64,000 bases of DNA, taken from NCBI GenBank assembly GCA_038203095.1, contig JBBREH010000001.1, positions 431 through 64,430 of the forward strand, given 5' to 3'. Both the position numbers and the translations under genes were made by a program. The stretch comes from Candidatus Doudnabacteria bacterium. GTDB taxonomy: Bacteria > Patescibacteriota > Doudnabacteria > UBA920. A model generated the notes under the pieces. That model did no database searches. It saw nothing but the letters and a program-made list of their open reading frames with translations, and was not told the DNA's origin. Shown in pieces: positions 1 to 9,660 of this stretch (position 1 is its first letter; each line of letters opens with the position of its first letter).

Positions 1-1
1 C

Positions 2-24
2 GGGCGGATGAGATCCGCCCCTAC
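2..24. repeat. REP-like palindrome (GTAG family, partial at window edge)
   Basis: GGGCGGAT-gag-ATCCGCCC followed by CTAC (GTAG on the minus strand). Confidence 0.55.
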
Positions 25-157
25 ACCTAGAGCCATATATTCTATACGACCCTAAATTCCATGTGATCAGATCCTCAACCTCTCGGATGTCAGCCAGAGA
101 CGGATATTCCTCTGGTACGACACTCAGGGCTCAGGATGATGCCAAATTATAAAGTTT

Positions 158-319
158 AGGACTTACGCCTTTCATCTAAATATTTAAAATATTGATGAAA
201 CCCACAAGGGGTTTGGTCGATTACTTCGTTATTTTGTTGTGGTTTTTGTCGACGTAGATAAACTATGCCTCCAAAAATCCTCACAAAATGCCTCGTACTC
301 GACCAAAGGCGTAAGTCCT
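158..319. mobile_element. MITE-like fold-back element, 162 bp
   Basis: Perfect 15-bp terminal inverted repeats AGGACTTACGCCTTT / AAAGGCGTAAGTCCT, internal imperfect hairpin, no ORF. Confidence 0.65.
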
Positions 320-433
320 GAAGTTATTACTTTGGAAGAGTTTTATCCACGCCATCTGCGTTAATCTGCGCATACAGATCCCTCGGATGTACTCGGGATG
401 AAAATTATAAAATAATTGGCTATTAAATAATTT

Positions 434-1942
434 TCATTTCTTTCTAAAAAATTGCGGCAACTTGGCGTCGCGTAGTTCGCGGATTCTTTGCATAATGCCT
501 TTGTCGTGTTCTTTTAAGTAGCCGCGGATTTTGTTGCGGGCGCCGGAGGTTTTGGCCGCGGTTAGCCATTCGCGGGAAATGACCGCCTCTTTTTTTGATT
601 TAATAATTTCCACCGTGTCTTCGCTTTCCAGTTCATCGTAAATACTCCGCATTTTACCGTTAATTTTAGCGCCCATCATATGAAAGCCAAGATCGGTATG
701 AACAGCAAAGGCAAAATCTATAACCGTGGCACCGGCCGGTAAATCTTTAATATCGCCTTTAGGAGTAAAAACAAAAATCCGACTGCGAAAAAAATCTAAT
801 TTCAAATGTTCTAAAAATTCTTCAGGATTTTGAGTTTCTTCCTGCCAGCTTTGTAGTTCTCTAATCCATTTGGCTTGTATTCTGCCTGCTGTTTCGGGCT
901 TGCCTTCTTCTGCATAAAACCAATGAGCGGCGACGCCGCGCTCGGCTTCTTCATGCATTAAATCAGTACGAATTTGAATTTCAAAAGTTTTTCCTTCGTG
1001 TTCAAAAACCGTGGTATGGATGCTCTGATAGCCATTAGGTTTGGGGGTAGCAATAAAGTCTTTAATCCGGCCGGGTACGGGTTGGAAGTGCTTGTGAATT
1101 ACGCCTAACGCCGCGTAGCAATCGGAAGTCGACTTGGCAATAATCCTTAAAGCGACAATGTCGTGAATTTTGGTAATATCGCCGTTGTATTTTTGGAGTT
1201 TTTTATAAAATGAATAAAGGCGTTTTATCCGTCCGCTAATTTCCAGGTATTTAATGCCTTCTGTGCGTAATGTGTGCGCCAGGCCTTTTTCCATTAATTT
1301 TACGCTTTCATCCCGGCTGGCAAGTTCGGTTTCCATTATACGCTTGGTGTCCTCATACTCCTTGGGATAAACAATTTTAAAAGCTAAATCTTCCAGCTCG
1401 TCTTTCCAGTTTCCAATGCCCAAGCGAGCGGCTATAGGCGCGTAAATTTCCAAAGTCTCGGTGGCAACCTTAATTTGTTTTTCCGGCGGAATGAATTTTA
1501 AGGTGGACATGTTGTGAATCCGGTCCGCCAGTTTGATTAAAATTACCCGAATGTCCTGGCTGGTCGCAATAAACAATTTGCGCAAATTTTCCACATAAAA
1601 TTTGTCCTTGCTGTTTTTCATGCGCACTTGGCCGAGTTGGGTAATACCGTCAATTAAGCGCGCTATTTCTTCGCCGAATTCATTCTTTATTTTTTCTAAA
1701 GAAACGCTGGTGTCTTCGGGAACATCGTGCAGCAAAGTGGCCACCAGGGTAGAAGTGTCAGGAAAAATTTTGCCCAAAATTATTGCGGCTTCACAGGGGT
1801 GGGTAAAATAGTCGTCGCCGCTTTTGCGTTTTTGGCCTTCGTGGGCTTTTTGGGAAAATTCATAAGCGCGTTTAAGCAGCTCCTGCTCCGAAGGCTTGAA
1901 TTTATGGGGAATGGCTGTTAAAAAATCAGCGAACTGTTTCAT
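434..1942 (-). CDS. rel: RelA/SpoT family (p)ppGpp synthetase/hydrolase (HD + synthetase + TGS, no ACT domain apparent)
   Basis: HEGQKRKSG..YFTHP, LLHDVPEDT, KLADRIHNM, KPNGYQSIHT, EIQIRT, TGS motif DFAFAVHTD. Confidence 0.95.
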   Translation of the reverse strand: MKQFADFLTAIPHKFKPSEQELLKRAYEFSQKAHEGQKRKSGDDYFTHPCEAAIILGKIFPDTSTLVATLLHDVPEDTSVSLEKIKNEFGEEIARLIDGITQLGQVRMKNSKDKFYVENLRKLFIATSQDIRVILIKLADRIHNMSTLKFIPPEKQIKVATETLEIYAPIAARLGIGNWKDELEDLAFKIVYPKEYEDTKRIMETELASRDESVKLMEKGLAHTLRTEGIKYLEISGRIKRLYSFYKKLQKYNGDITKIHDIVALRIIAKSTSDCYAALGVIHKHFQPVPGRIKDFIATPKPNGYQSIHTTVFEHEGKTFEIQIRTDLMHEEAERGVAAHWFYAEEGKPETAGRIQAKWIRELQSWQEETQNPEEFLEHLKLDFFRSRIFVFTPKGDIKDLPAGATVIDFAFAVHTDLGFHMMGAKINGKMRSIYDELESEDTVEIIKSKKEAVISREWLTAAKTSGARNKIRGYLKEHDKGIMQRIRELRDAKLPQFFRKK

Positions 1943-1983
1943 AAGGATATTATATCACGATGGGCATTTTGATGTATAATTGG

Positions 1984-2076
1984 ATTGACAAGATTGACAT
2001 GATTTAAAAGAATGGCAAGAATTTACTGCAGTCTAATTATGACAATCTTTTAATTCATTTAATTCTTGTTCAATCT
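1984..2076. repeat. Inverted array of ~10-nt repeats upstream of mutM (empty element)
   Basis: GATTGACAAGATTGACATGATTTAAAAG ... CTTTTAATTCATTTAATTCTTGTTCAATC; same unit as 22085-22200. Confidence 0.55.
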
Positions 2077-2080
2077 TTTT

Positions 2081-3007
2081 ATGCCTGAACTGCCAGAAGT
2101 TCAAACTATAGTTAGCGAGCTTAATAGGAAATTAAAAAACCGAACTATAAAGTCGGTTGATGTTTTCGCGCCCAAAATGGTTGGGGTGGGTTCGGCGACG
2201 CTCTCTCCTAAAAGAACAGCCTCCGCCCAAACAGTAGAAAAATTTAAAATGCTGATAACTGGCAAAAGGTTTTTATCAGTACGCCGTCGCGCCAAGCTTT
2301 TAATTTTTAAGTTGTCGGGAGAGCTTTTTATGCTTGTTCATCTTAAAATGACCGGACAATTTATTTTTGAAGATAAAGTTTTGCGGGGCAAAACTTTAGG
2401 GAAATATCGGCTTTTGAATAAACTTAATGCGCCGTTAGTTCAGCTACCTTGCAAGCATACGCATGTGATTTTTAATTTTGTCGATCAGACAAAATTATAT
2501 TTTAACGATGTCCGCAAGTTCGGTTATTTAAAGTTGGTGCGCGTTGATGAAATATCCTCTGTTCGTGAACTAAACGAATACGGTCCTGAGCCGTTGGGTA
2601 AATATTTTACCGCCGGACACTTTTTGACGGCCGTCAAAAAGTGTCCGGACAGAAAAATCAAACAAATAATTATGGATAATAAAATTGTGGTGGGGATAGG
2701 CAATATTTACAGCGACGAAATTTTATTTCATGCCGGGGTCCGGCCGACGCGCTTGGTTAAATTACTGTCCGATGTTGAAATTAGCAGTATTTATAAATGG
2801 ATAAAGCCGGTATTAATAAAAGGCATAAAAGCCAAAGGTTCCAGCGTTGGCGACTTTGTCCGTACCGACGGCACCTGGGGCCAAATGGGCAAATTTCACT
2901 TTGTCTACGGACGTAGGGGGCAGAAATGCAAAAAATGTGGTACGACCATCGAATCAGTTAAGCTGGGCGGTCACACAGCTAGTTATTGCCCAAGATGTCA
3001 AGTGTAG
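2081..3007 (+). CDS. mutM: Formamidopyrimidine-DNA glycosylase
   Basis: N-terminal MPELPEV, HLKMTG, GIGNIYSDE (H2TH), C-terminal CxxC...CPRCQ zinc finger. Confidence 0.95.
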   Translation: MPELPEVQTIVSELNRKLKNRTIKSVDVFAPKMVGVGSATLSPKRTASAQTVEKFKMLITGKRFLSVRRRAKLLIFKLSGELFMLVHLKMTGQFIFEDKVLRGKTLGKYRLLNKLNAPLVQLPCKHTHVIFNFVDQTKLYFNDVRKFGYLKLVRVDEISSVRELNEYGPEPLGKYFTAGHFLTAVKKCPDRKIKQIIMDNKIVVGIGNIYSDEILFHAGVRPTRLVKLLSDVEISSIYKWIKPVLIKGIKAKGSSVGDFVRTDGTWGQMGKFHFVYGRRGQKCKKCGTTIESVKLGGHTASYCPRCQV

Positions 3008-3056
3008 AGTGCCCATTTATAGGCTATCTGAGACGCCGATGAATCGGCACGCTACA
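3003..3056. repeat. GTAG-type REP doublet (REPIN-like), 54 bp; contains the mutM stop codon
   Basis: TGTAGAGTGCC...GGCACGCTACA; 45/54 identical to the in-frame copy at 22360-22413. Confidence 0.75.
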
Positions 3057-3090
3057 CATATGCTACAATAAACAAAGAAAGGATAGTCCA

Positions 3091-3342
3091 ATGAAAAAAC
3101 CAGCAATAATGATTACGACATTTGTGGTTATTTTGGTTTGTTGGTATTTTTTTGCACCAATACAGTGGACTTTTGGATTGCGTGCGCCCAAGAATTATCA
3201 GGAATGTTTGGATGTAGGAGGAAAATTGTTTTTATTCGGAAAAGGCGAATTTCAAATAGCTGAACTTCAACCCAGGGCCTGCTATTATAAAGATCAACAA
3301 TTTGATCCTTTTTATCCATTTAATACGCAGCTTACTAAATAA
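3091..3342 (+). CDS. Small membrane-anchored hypothetical protein
   Basis: N-terminal TM helix, NYQECLDVGG...C motif typical of small secreted Cys-bridged domains. Confidence 0.6.
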   Translation: MKKPAIMITTFVVILVCWYFFAPIQWTFGLRAPKNYQECLDVGGKLFLFGKGEFQIAELQPRACYYKDQQFDPFYPFNTQLTK

Positions 3343-3359
3343 AAATTAAATTTAATTTT

Positions 3360-3578
3360 ATGGAAACTGCTCAAAACCCATCAGGGCAAAAACAACCAAT
3401 GTCGCAGGATCAAATGCTCCTGGAAATTTACGAAAACACGCGGAAGACTAAGAATTATATGAAGTGGCAGTTGTATATTACTGTTGTGCTGATAGTTTTA
3501 CCGCTTCTGGCCGCGGTGTTCATTATTCCTATGGCCTTTAGCAGTTTAAGCAGTACGTATGGAAGTTTGTTACAGTAA
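3360..3578 (+). CDS. Small membrane hypothetical protein
   Basis: 72 aa, one TM segment, operon-like spacing. Confidence 0.7.
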   Translation: METAQNPSGQKQPMSQDQMLLEIYENTRKTKNYMKWQLYITVVLIVLPLLAAVFIIPMAFSSLSSTYGSLLQ

Positions 3579-3710
3579 AAAATCAAATCTGCGAATGGAA
3601 CGAATCAACGAATAACTGCGAATCTGCGAATCTGCGAATCTGCGAATCTGCGAATTCGTCGATTCGTAGAATATTCGCAGATTCGTCTAATTCGTAAATT
3701 CGATAAATTT
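3579..3710. repeat. Intergenic inverted repeat array with (CTGCGAAT)x5 (empty element)
   Basis: CGAAT-based units on the left, ATTCG-based units on the right; five perfect octamers at 3616-3655; spans stop to start. Confidence 0.8.
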
Positions 3711-4055
3711 ATGCAAGATGACCGTTGGCAACAATTAGTTGAGACCGCGCAAAAACATTTTAAGAATGTGTCTTTGGGTTTGGAAGATTTAATTATGGAA
3801 ACAAAGGACGGACCGGTAAAAACCGGCACGCAGGATGTGTTAATTTTTGAAAATCCAGCAGGCCGTTTTAAACTGGTAAGAGAAAATAAACCGGTGGTGC
3901 TGGAAAAGAAAGAGCTGTATTCTCACCGCGCGGGACAAAGCGCCCAAACAAATTATAAATTTTCCGAAACCGAATTTTCCCACAAGTTAAGGGTTTACAA
4001 GGAAGTGGATTTTGAAGAGTGGGATGAAATAACCCTGGACAAGCTAGGAATTTGA
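3711..4055 (+). CDS. Conserved hypothetical protein
   Basis: 114-aa ORF with protein-like composition, ATG directly after the repeat arm. Confidence 0.75.
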   Translation: MQDDRWQQLVETAQKHFKNVSLGLEDLIMETKDGPVKTGTQDVLIFENPAGRFKLVRENKPVVLEKKELYSHRAGQSAQTNYKFSETEFSHKLRVYKEVDFEEWDEITLDKLGI

Positions 4056-4090
4056 AATTAATTGAAACTAAATAGAAATTAGTGGAAATT

Positions 4091-4174
4091 ATGGAAAACA
4101 AGCAAGCGTATATTATTATACAAAACTTAGAAGTTTATAAGTTATCACGATTTTTATGCTTAAAAATCGTATAA
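4091..4174 (+). pseudogene. Truncated four-helix-bundle (IVP-like) gene remnant
   Basis: MENKQAYIIIQNLEVYKLSR resembles the N-terminal L(E)VY(K/Q)LS motif of four-helix-bundle proteins; preceded by a 10-nt-period GAAATTA repeat arm (4054-4090). Confidence 0.55.
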
Positions 4175-5106
4175 TTTCTACGCTTAATTTTTTTGACCTA
4201 CAGGACTATCCTCTGACGCTTTTGGAATTGCACAAGTTTTTAATTTCGGACTGGGAGGGAATAAAACAGCAAACAGATAACCAAGGCGAAGTTATTGATA
4301 GCACTTTATTGGCACGGGAGGCGGTGTTAATTGATAGTATTTTGACCTGTGTGGATTCAGAATGCCGGGGCGAAGTCCAAAACACTTTGGGTTTTTATCA
4401 CTTGCCCGGCAGAAGCAGTATCGTACAAGTCAGGCTAAATAATTATTTTTTTGGAATTCAGCGCGAAAAATTAATTAAAAAGTATATTCGGAGTTTAAGA
4501 TTCGTACCTTTTGTCAGAGGGGTGGCTTTGGCCGGCAGCCAAGCCATGGGCCAGCAAAAAGAAAATTCCGACATTGATTTGCTGGTAATTTTGGCCCCAG
4601 GTTTTATGTGGCTGGGCAGGACTTTGGTGACTTTATATTTTCAAATTTTAGGCAAGCGGCGCCACGGCCAAAATATAAAAAACCGTTTTTGTTTAAACCA
4701 TTATTTGGCCGGTCCAAAAATGATTGGTAATTTTAGGAATTTATACACCGCGGCTGAATATCTAAAATTAAGGTCTCTGGTTTATTCCGGTGACATCGGT
4801 AGTTTTCAGCAAAACAACCTTGGCTGGATAAAAGTATTTTTCCCCAATACCAATATTAAATTGATTCCGAATAAGTCTTTGTTAGTGCAAAGATTTTTGG
4901 AAAAACTTTTTATTAACTCATTCGGCGATTGGCTCGAGCGTCAATTAAAAAACTGGCAGTTGCCTAAGATCCGCCAGGAAAAGTTTATTGTAGTCGAAAA
5001 TGATGAGCTGTCATTCCATCCGCACAGCAAACAGCAAATGCTGTTATCAGATTTTGCAAAATTCCAAAAGCAACAGGAGCGGGTAACGATAAAGCTGGTA
5101 AGTTAA
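4156..5106 (+). CDS. Nucleotidyltransferase-domain protein
   Basis: GSQAMG...SDIDLLVI, pol-beta-type NTase motif. Confidence 0.75.
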   Translation: MLKNRIISTLNFFDLQDYPLTLLELHKFLISDWEGIKQQTDNQGEVIDSTLLAREAVLIDSILTCVDSECRGEVQNTLGFYHLPGRSSIVQVRLNNYFFGIQREKLIKKYIRSLRFVPFVRGVALAGSQAMGQQKENSDIDLLVILAPGFMWLGRTLVTLYFQILGKRRHGQNIKNRFCLNHYLAGPKMIGNFRNLYTAAEYLKLRSLVYSGDIGSFQQNNLGWIKVFFPNTNIKLIPNKSLLVQRFLEKLFINSFGDWLERQLKNWQLPKIRQEKFIVVENDELSFHPHSKQQMLLSDFAKFQKQQERVTIKLVS

Positions 5107-5793
5107 ATCAAAATCAGTACTGTCAACTTGGGAGCGGATTTTATCGGTGGCAGTAAGTTTTAGGCCAGCTACTAAGGCACTGTCGGAATATTCTGCTAAA
5201 TCGTAATAATAAGAATCAATTTTTATATTTTTACCAAATTCTCTTTGGATTTGCTTGCCGCTTGCCGGCGAGTTTTTTATTATTAGTTTAGGTTTATGTC
5301 CCAACAATACATCGTACAAGCTTCGTTTCCATTGCGCGACCGGATAGGTGTGCGAAGGGTTTGGAATCGTAAAAATTAATTTTCCCGATGTTTTAAGAAC
5401 CTTCGCAACTTGAGCAAACATTGATTCTAGATTAGCGGTATCAGGCCCAACCATGTTTAAAATTATGCAGTCAAAGGTATCGGCCGGATAGGGGAGAGGG
5501 TGGATAAAATCAGCATTTTTAAAATTGATCTCGGGATAATGGCTTTGCGCAAATTTGATTAAAAAAGCCGACGAATCACAGCCTCGCACATCAGTGAAGC
5601 TTTTTCGGAGTTCTGCGGCCAGCCAACCTGAGCCGCAGCCCGCGTCCAAAATGGTTGATTGATAATTTGTGGATAGGCGCTTTTTAATTGTCTTTAAAAG
5701 GATTTCTTTTTGAATTTGACCGTTCTTGGAATTTAAAAAATCCAGGTATTTTAAGGCAGTTCGTGACTCTTTATAGTTTGGCATAACGCTCAT
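5047..5793 (-). CDS. Class I SAM-dependent methyltransferase
   Basis: ILDAGCGSG motif I, FDCII, LKTSGKLIF. Confidence 0.9.
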   Translation of the reverse strand: MSVMPNYKESRTALKYLDFLNSKNGQIQKEILLKTIKKRLSTNYQSTILDAGCGSGWLAAELRKSFTDVRGCDSSAFLIKFAQSHYPEINFKNADFIHPLPYPADTFDCIILNMVGPDTANLESMFAQVAKVLKTSGKLIFTIPNPSHTYPVAQWKRSLYDVLLGHKPKLIIKNSPASGKQIQREFGKNIKIDSYYYDLAEYSDSALVAGLKLTATDKIRSQVDSTDFDLTYQLYRYPLLLLLEFCKI

Positions 5794-5826
5794 ATTATAC
5801 CACAGGAAAGTTGATGTTTTATTGTA

Positions 5827-5853
5827 TTATCAGTCTATTGACAAGAGTGATAA
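5827..5853 (+). promoter_or_regulatory. CIRCE-like HrcA operator overlapping the groES -35 box
   Basis: TTATCAGTC-N9-GAGTGATAA versus consensus TTAGCACTC-N9-GAGTGCTAA (3 mismatches); TTGACA lies in the spacer; upstream of groESL. Confidence 0.65.
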
Positions 5854-5891
5854 AAGCATTATAAAATTATCTTAGAATAAAAATAATTAAT

Positions 5892-6020
5892 AATCAACTG
5901 ATTGCAAATATAATTATCCACTAATCACAAATGGAAACAAATACTGCAAATTCAGTGATTTGAACCCCATTTGCTTTATCTGTGATTTGTGAATAATTTG
6001 TGTAATCAGTGATTTGTGGA
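5892..6020. repeat. Inverted repeat array in the groES leader (empty element)
   Basis: AATCAC/ACAAAT units on the left mirrored by GTGATT/ATTTGT units on the right. Confidence 0.6.
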
Positions 6021-6026
6021 GAACTT

Positions 6027-6323
6027 ATGAAAGTCAGACCTTTAGGCGACAGAGTGCTGGTCAAGGAAGTCTCGGGTGAGCAAACCACCAAAAGCGGGAT
6101 AGTCCTGCCGGACACAGCCGAAAAAAAGAAAAGTGGCGTTTATGAAGTAATCGCTATTGGCGACGGTGATGCCGCCAAACAATTTAAAGTTGGCCAGAAA
6201 GTCGTGGCCGGTAAATACAGCGGCGAAGAAGTTGAGATGCCGGAAGACAAAGACATCGAATATAAAATTTTATTCGTCGGCAAGGAAAAGAGTGAAAGTG
6301 ACGTAGTGGCAATAATTGAGTAA
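6027..6323 (+). CDS. groES: Co-chaperonin GroES
   Basis: MKVRPLGDRVLV, TKSGIVLPDTA; upstream of groEL. Confidence 0.95.
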   Translation: MKVRPLGDRVLVKEVSGEQTTKSGIVLPDTAEKKKSGVYEVIAIGDGDAAKQFKVGQKVVAGKYSGEEVEMPEDKDIEYKILFVGKEKSESDVVAIIE

Positions 6324-6429
6324 AATTTTCAATTTTTAATTTCTAATTTTCAATGAATTTGAAATTTTGGAATTTATTAATTAAAACATTATAAATTGTT
6401 TAAAAATTGTAAATTGTAAATTAAAAATT
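6324..6429. repeat. Inverted 7-nt repeat array between groES and groEL (empty element)
   Basis: AATTTTC-AATTTTT-AATTTCT-AATTTTC ... AAAAATT-GTAAATT-GTAAATT-AAAAATT; same unit as the arms at 24899/25311. Confidence 0.8.
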
Positions 6430-6446
6430 AATTCTTTTTGAAATTT

Positions 6447-8099
6447 ATGAGTAAACTTATTAAATATGGCTATGAAGCCAAGCAGGCTATTAAGGCCGGT
6501 GTAGACAAAGCGGCAAATGTAATTAAAGTCACCTTAGGTCCCACAGGTAAAACTGTAATTTTGGGCACAGGTTTTGGCACGCCCACGGTAACTGACGACG
6601 GCGTAACCGTTGCCAAAGACATTGAGCTAGAAGACAAGTTTGAAAATATTGGCGCTTCTTTAATTCAGGAAGTGGCCAACAAGACCAACGAGCAGGCAGG
6701 AGACGGAACTACTACCGCTACAGTACTCGCGCAAAAAATGATAGAAGAAGCTTTTGGCGCTGTGGCGATTAATTCTTCCCGCGCCAACGACATAAAAAAA
6801 GGCATGGACAAAGCCGTGGCTTTTGTGGTGGAAGAGCTGAAAAAAATGAAAAAAGACGTAAAGGGCAAAGAAGGCATTGAGCAGGTTGCCACCATAGCAT
6901 CCCTTGACCCGGAAGTCGGCAAACTTATTGCCGAAGCCATGGAAGAAGTTGGCCATGACGGCGTAATTACCGTGGAAGAAGGCCAAACAATTGGCATTGA
7001 AAAAGAAGTCGTTAAAGGTATGCGCTTTGATAAAGGCTTTGTTAATCCTTACATGGTCACCAACGCCGAACGTATGGAAGCGGTCTGGGACGATGCCTAT
7101 ATTTTAATCACTGACAAAAAAATCGCCAGCGTTCAGGATATTTTGCCGATTTTGGAAAAAGTCGCGCAAAGTGGCAAGAAAGATTTAGTAATTATTGCCG
7201 ACGAGATTGAAGGCGAAGCTTTAGCCACCTTTGTGGTAAATAAACTTCGCGGCACCTTTAATGTGCTTGCGGTTAAGGCTCCGGGTTTTGGTGACCGCAG
7301 AAAAGAAATGCTTCAGGATATTGCAGTTTTAACCGGCGGAACTGTGATTACTGAAGATATGGGTTTGAAATTGGATAAAACTGAAATTAAGGATTTAGGC
7401 AAGGCTAGAAAAGTTATAGCCACCAAAGAGCACACCACAATTGTGGACGGTGCCGGCAATAAAGCAAAGATTGATGCCCGGGTCAGCCAAATTAAAGCTG
7501 AGCACAAAAACTCCACTTCCGATTACGACAAAGATAAATTACAAGAAAGAATGGCTCGTTTGGCCGGCGGGGTGGGTGTTATTAAAGTAGGCGCCTTTAC
7601 CGAAACCGAAATGAAGGCCAAAAAGTTTAAAATTGAGGACGCACTTAATGCCACTCGCGCGGCCGTGGAAGAGGGGATTATTCCGGGCGGTGGCGTTGCT
7701 TTGGCAAAGCTCGCTCCTAAGCTTGACAGCTTTGGCAGTGAGTTAAACGATGGGCAAAGAGCCGGCGTAAAAGTTATTCGCAATTCTTTGGAAGCCCCGC
7801 TTAGGCAGATTGCAATAAACTCCGGTATTGAAGTTACGCCGATTCTGGCAAAAATTCAAAGCTCAACAGATGCCAACTTTGGTTACAATTTTGCCACTAT
7901 GATGGAAACAGACATGCTCAAAGACGGCATTGTTGACCCGGTTAAGGTTACCCGGTTGGCGCTTGAGCATGCTGTGTCTATTGCCTCTACATTAGTAACA
8001 TCTGAAGCTATTGTTGTAGACAAGCCCGAACCCAAAGAATCCGCCCCTTCCGGCGGCGGTATGGGTGGAGGCATGGGCGGTATGGGGGGAATGTACTAG
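6447..8099 (+). CDS. groEL: Chaperonin GroEL
   Basis: TLGP, DGVTVAK, AGDGTTTATVLA, KAPGFGDRRK, GGM tail. Confidence 0.98.
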   Translation: MSKLIKYGYEAKQAIKAGVDKAANVIKVTLGPTGKTVILGTGFGTPTVTDDGVTVAKDIELEDKFENIGASLIQEVANKTNEQAGDGTTTATVLAQKMIEEAFGAVAINSSRANDIKKGMDKAVAFVVEELKKMKKDVKGKEGIEQVATIASLDPEVGKLIAEAMEEVGHDGVITVEEGQTIGIEKEVVKGMRFDKGFVNPYMVTNAERMEAVWDDAYILITDKKIASVQDILPILEKVAQSGKKDLVIIADEIEGEALATFVVNKLRGTFNVLAVKAPGFGDRRKEMLQDIAVLTGGTVITEDMGLKLDKTEIKDLGKARKVIATKEHTTIVDGAGNKAKIDARVSQIKAEHKNSTSDYDKDKLQERMARLAGGVGVIKVGAFTETEMKAKKFKIEDALNATRAAVEEGIIPGGGVALAKLAPKLDSFGSELNDGQRAGVKVIRNSLEAPLRQIAINSGIEVTPILAKIQSSTDANFGYNFATMMETDMLKDGIVDPVKVTRLALEHAVSIASTLVTSEAIVVDKPEPKESAPSGGGMGGGMGGMGGMY

Positions 8100-8136
8100 T
8101 CAACAGACACACAGGTGGGAACAGATTGCACAGATA

Positions 8137-8168
8137 AAAATCCTGGCTCCGAAAGGAGCCAGGATTTT
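8137..8168 (+). terminator. Intrinsic terminator after groEL
   Basis: AAAATCCTGGCTCC-GAAA-GGAGCCAGGATTTT. Confidence 0.8.
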
Positions 8169-8184
8169 GTAATATAATGTGCTT

Positions 8185-8397
8185 ATGGGGAATTATGCAG
8201 AATCAGGTTCAGAATTTGGATCCGAACTAAACAATACTGAATTGTCGGATTTTATTATGACTTTTGGTTTTGATGTAAGACTTACTGAAACTTTAAATAG
8301 GCTTTTAGCTGATGACCGGGAAAACGTTTGGAGAGGTCGTTTATTAAGGATTTACAAGTTAGGGCAGGAAGAAAAGGCCTTAGAAAGCGATTTATAG
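8185..8397 (+). CDS. Hypothetical protein, possibly truncated
   Basis: Short ORF; the frame stays open for 27 more codons after TAG-TAA (to 8484). Confidence 0.4.
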   Translation: MGNYAESGSEFGSELNNTELSDFIMTFGFDVRLTETLNRLLADDRENVWRGRLLRIYKLGQEEKALESDL

Positions 8398-8891
8398 TAA
8401 CTACAAGTTAGCGCCGTAAAAGAATCTATTCAAACATTGAAAGATGATCTATCGCTGATAGAAGAGTTGGCGAATGAAAAATAATGGAATAATCTTTTAA
8501 ATAAGCCAAAAATTATATAAAAGACCAACTGGGCTTGACAAGTTGGTCTTTTTGGCGTATACTACTTGGTCACGTAAAAAAACGTGTGTTTTGCATCTTA
8601 AAAATTCAATATTTAAGCAGTGTGTTTTTGCAGGAGAACATACGACTTTTATACATACCCTTACACCAATCTTCGCCAGAGCGATAAGCAATTACAGTAA
8701 AGTTGACCACATTATAAAGCGACTGATTATTTTAACGAGCATAAGTTTTGTTGGAGATTGGCGTGAGGGTATTATTCACAGATACGTAGAAGGGAACAGA
8801 TTGCACAGATAAATTATCTGCGTCATCTGTATTAATCTGCGCATCCGCGATCTCATGCTCCTAATTTCGTTAACCCGGATTGGGGGCGCTA

Positions 8892-9052
8892 GAGCCTGTT
8901 TAATAAATTGCTTTCGAAGCGAAATTTCAGAATTTTGAGCGAAAAACTTAAAGAAAAGCGAGGCGACACCAGGGCGTGTCGGTGAGCTTTGATGAAAGTT
9001 TTGCAGCCAAAATTCTGAAATTGCAGCCGAAATGAATTTATTGAACGGGCTC
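8892..9052. mobile_element. MITE-like fold-back element, 161 bp
   Basis: TIRs GAGCCTGTTTAATAAATT / AATTTATTGAACGGGCTC (16/18), long internal imperfect hairpin. Confidence 0.65.
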
Positions 9053-9340
9053 ATACTAAAGCCGTATACTAAAGTACTAGAATAATATTACTATGATTCT
9101 CCTGTACTCAAGTCTACGGTTTTTAATTTTTACAAAAGTTTTGAGCTTGTATAGTTTTGCTTGTTTGCTACAAAATTAATTCTAAACATTTTCGTAGTCA
9201 TTTGTAGTGTGCTGATTTTGTAGATTTGTAGTTTGTTTCTGCAAACGTGGGCCATAAGGAGGGCAATTTATATTTTCCGTCCGAGACGGATAGGCCTTAT
9301 TACTTAGACCCACACTTGTGAAAATAAACATAGTTATTGA

Positions 9341-9377
9341 TTCCCTCCCCTTGAGGGGGAGGGCTAGGGAGGGGTGA
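9341..9377. repeat. REP-like G/C-tract palindrome
   Basis: Reverse complement TCACCCCTCCCTAGCCCTCCCCCTCAAGGGGAGGGAA closely resembles the coding copy at 21724; related copy near 9500-9534. Confidence 0.7.
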
Positions 9378-9660
9378 ATTAAAGAAATCAAAGGGGGCAA
9401 CAAAGCCTCTTTTTCTTTGTCCCGTTAGCATTTATCGGCTATCGGCTAAAATTATTTTGGCTATGAGTTAAAGGCAATCTTCCGGAGCCTGTTTTATAAC
9501 CTCACCTGACCTCCCCTTTAAAAAGGAGAGGGATTAAAAACCGCCCTTGGGCGGATATTTTGTGAAAAAGAGTTTGGCGGTGTAAATATTATTATTTAAA
9601 TTGCCAGTCTCGTTTCCACAAAGCACGGTTTGTGGTAAGTGGGAACGGAAGGAGGCAGGA

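Noticed and set aside
2180-2240. Extra segment in MutM (GVGSATLSPKRTASAQ) as another in-frame REP insertion
   Set aside because: No clear palindrome or sister copy found by eye; may be a lineage-specific loop
3616-3655. (CTGCGAAT)x5 as a CRISPR array
   Set aside because: Units are 8 bp with no spacers, and no cas genes are in the window
8050-8099. GGM repeats at the end of groEL
   Set aside because: Standard GroEL C-terminal tail
8497-9403. Short ORFs 8497-8691, 8543-8812, 8776-9054 and 9182-9403
   Set aside because: They run through repeats and MITE-like sequence, mostly use non-ATG starts and show no protein motifs
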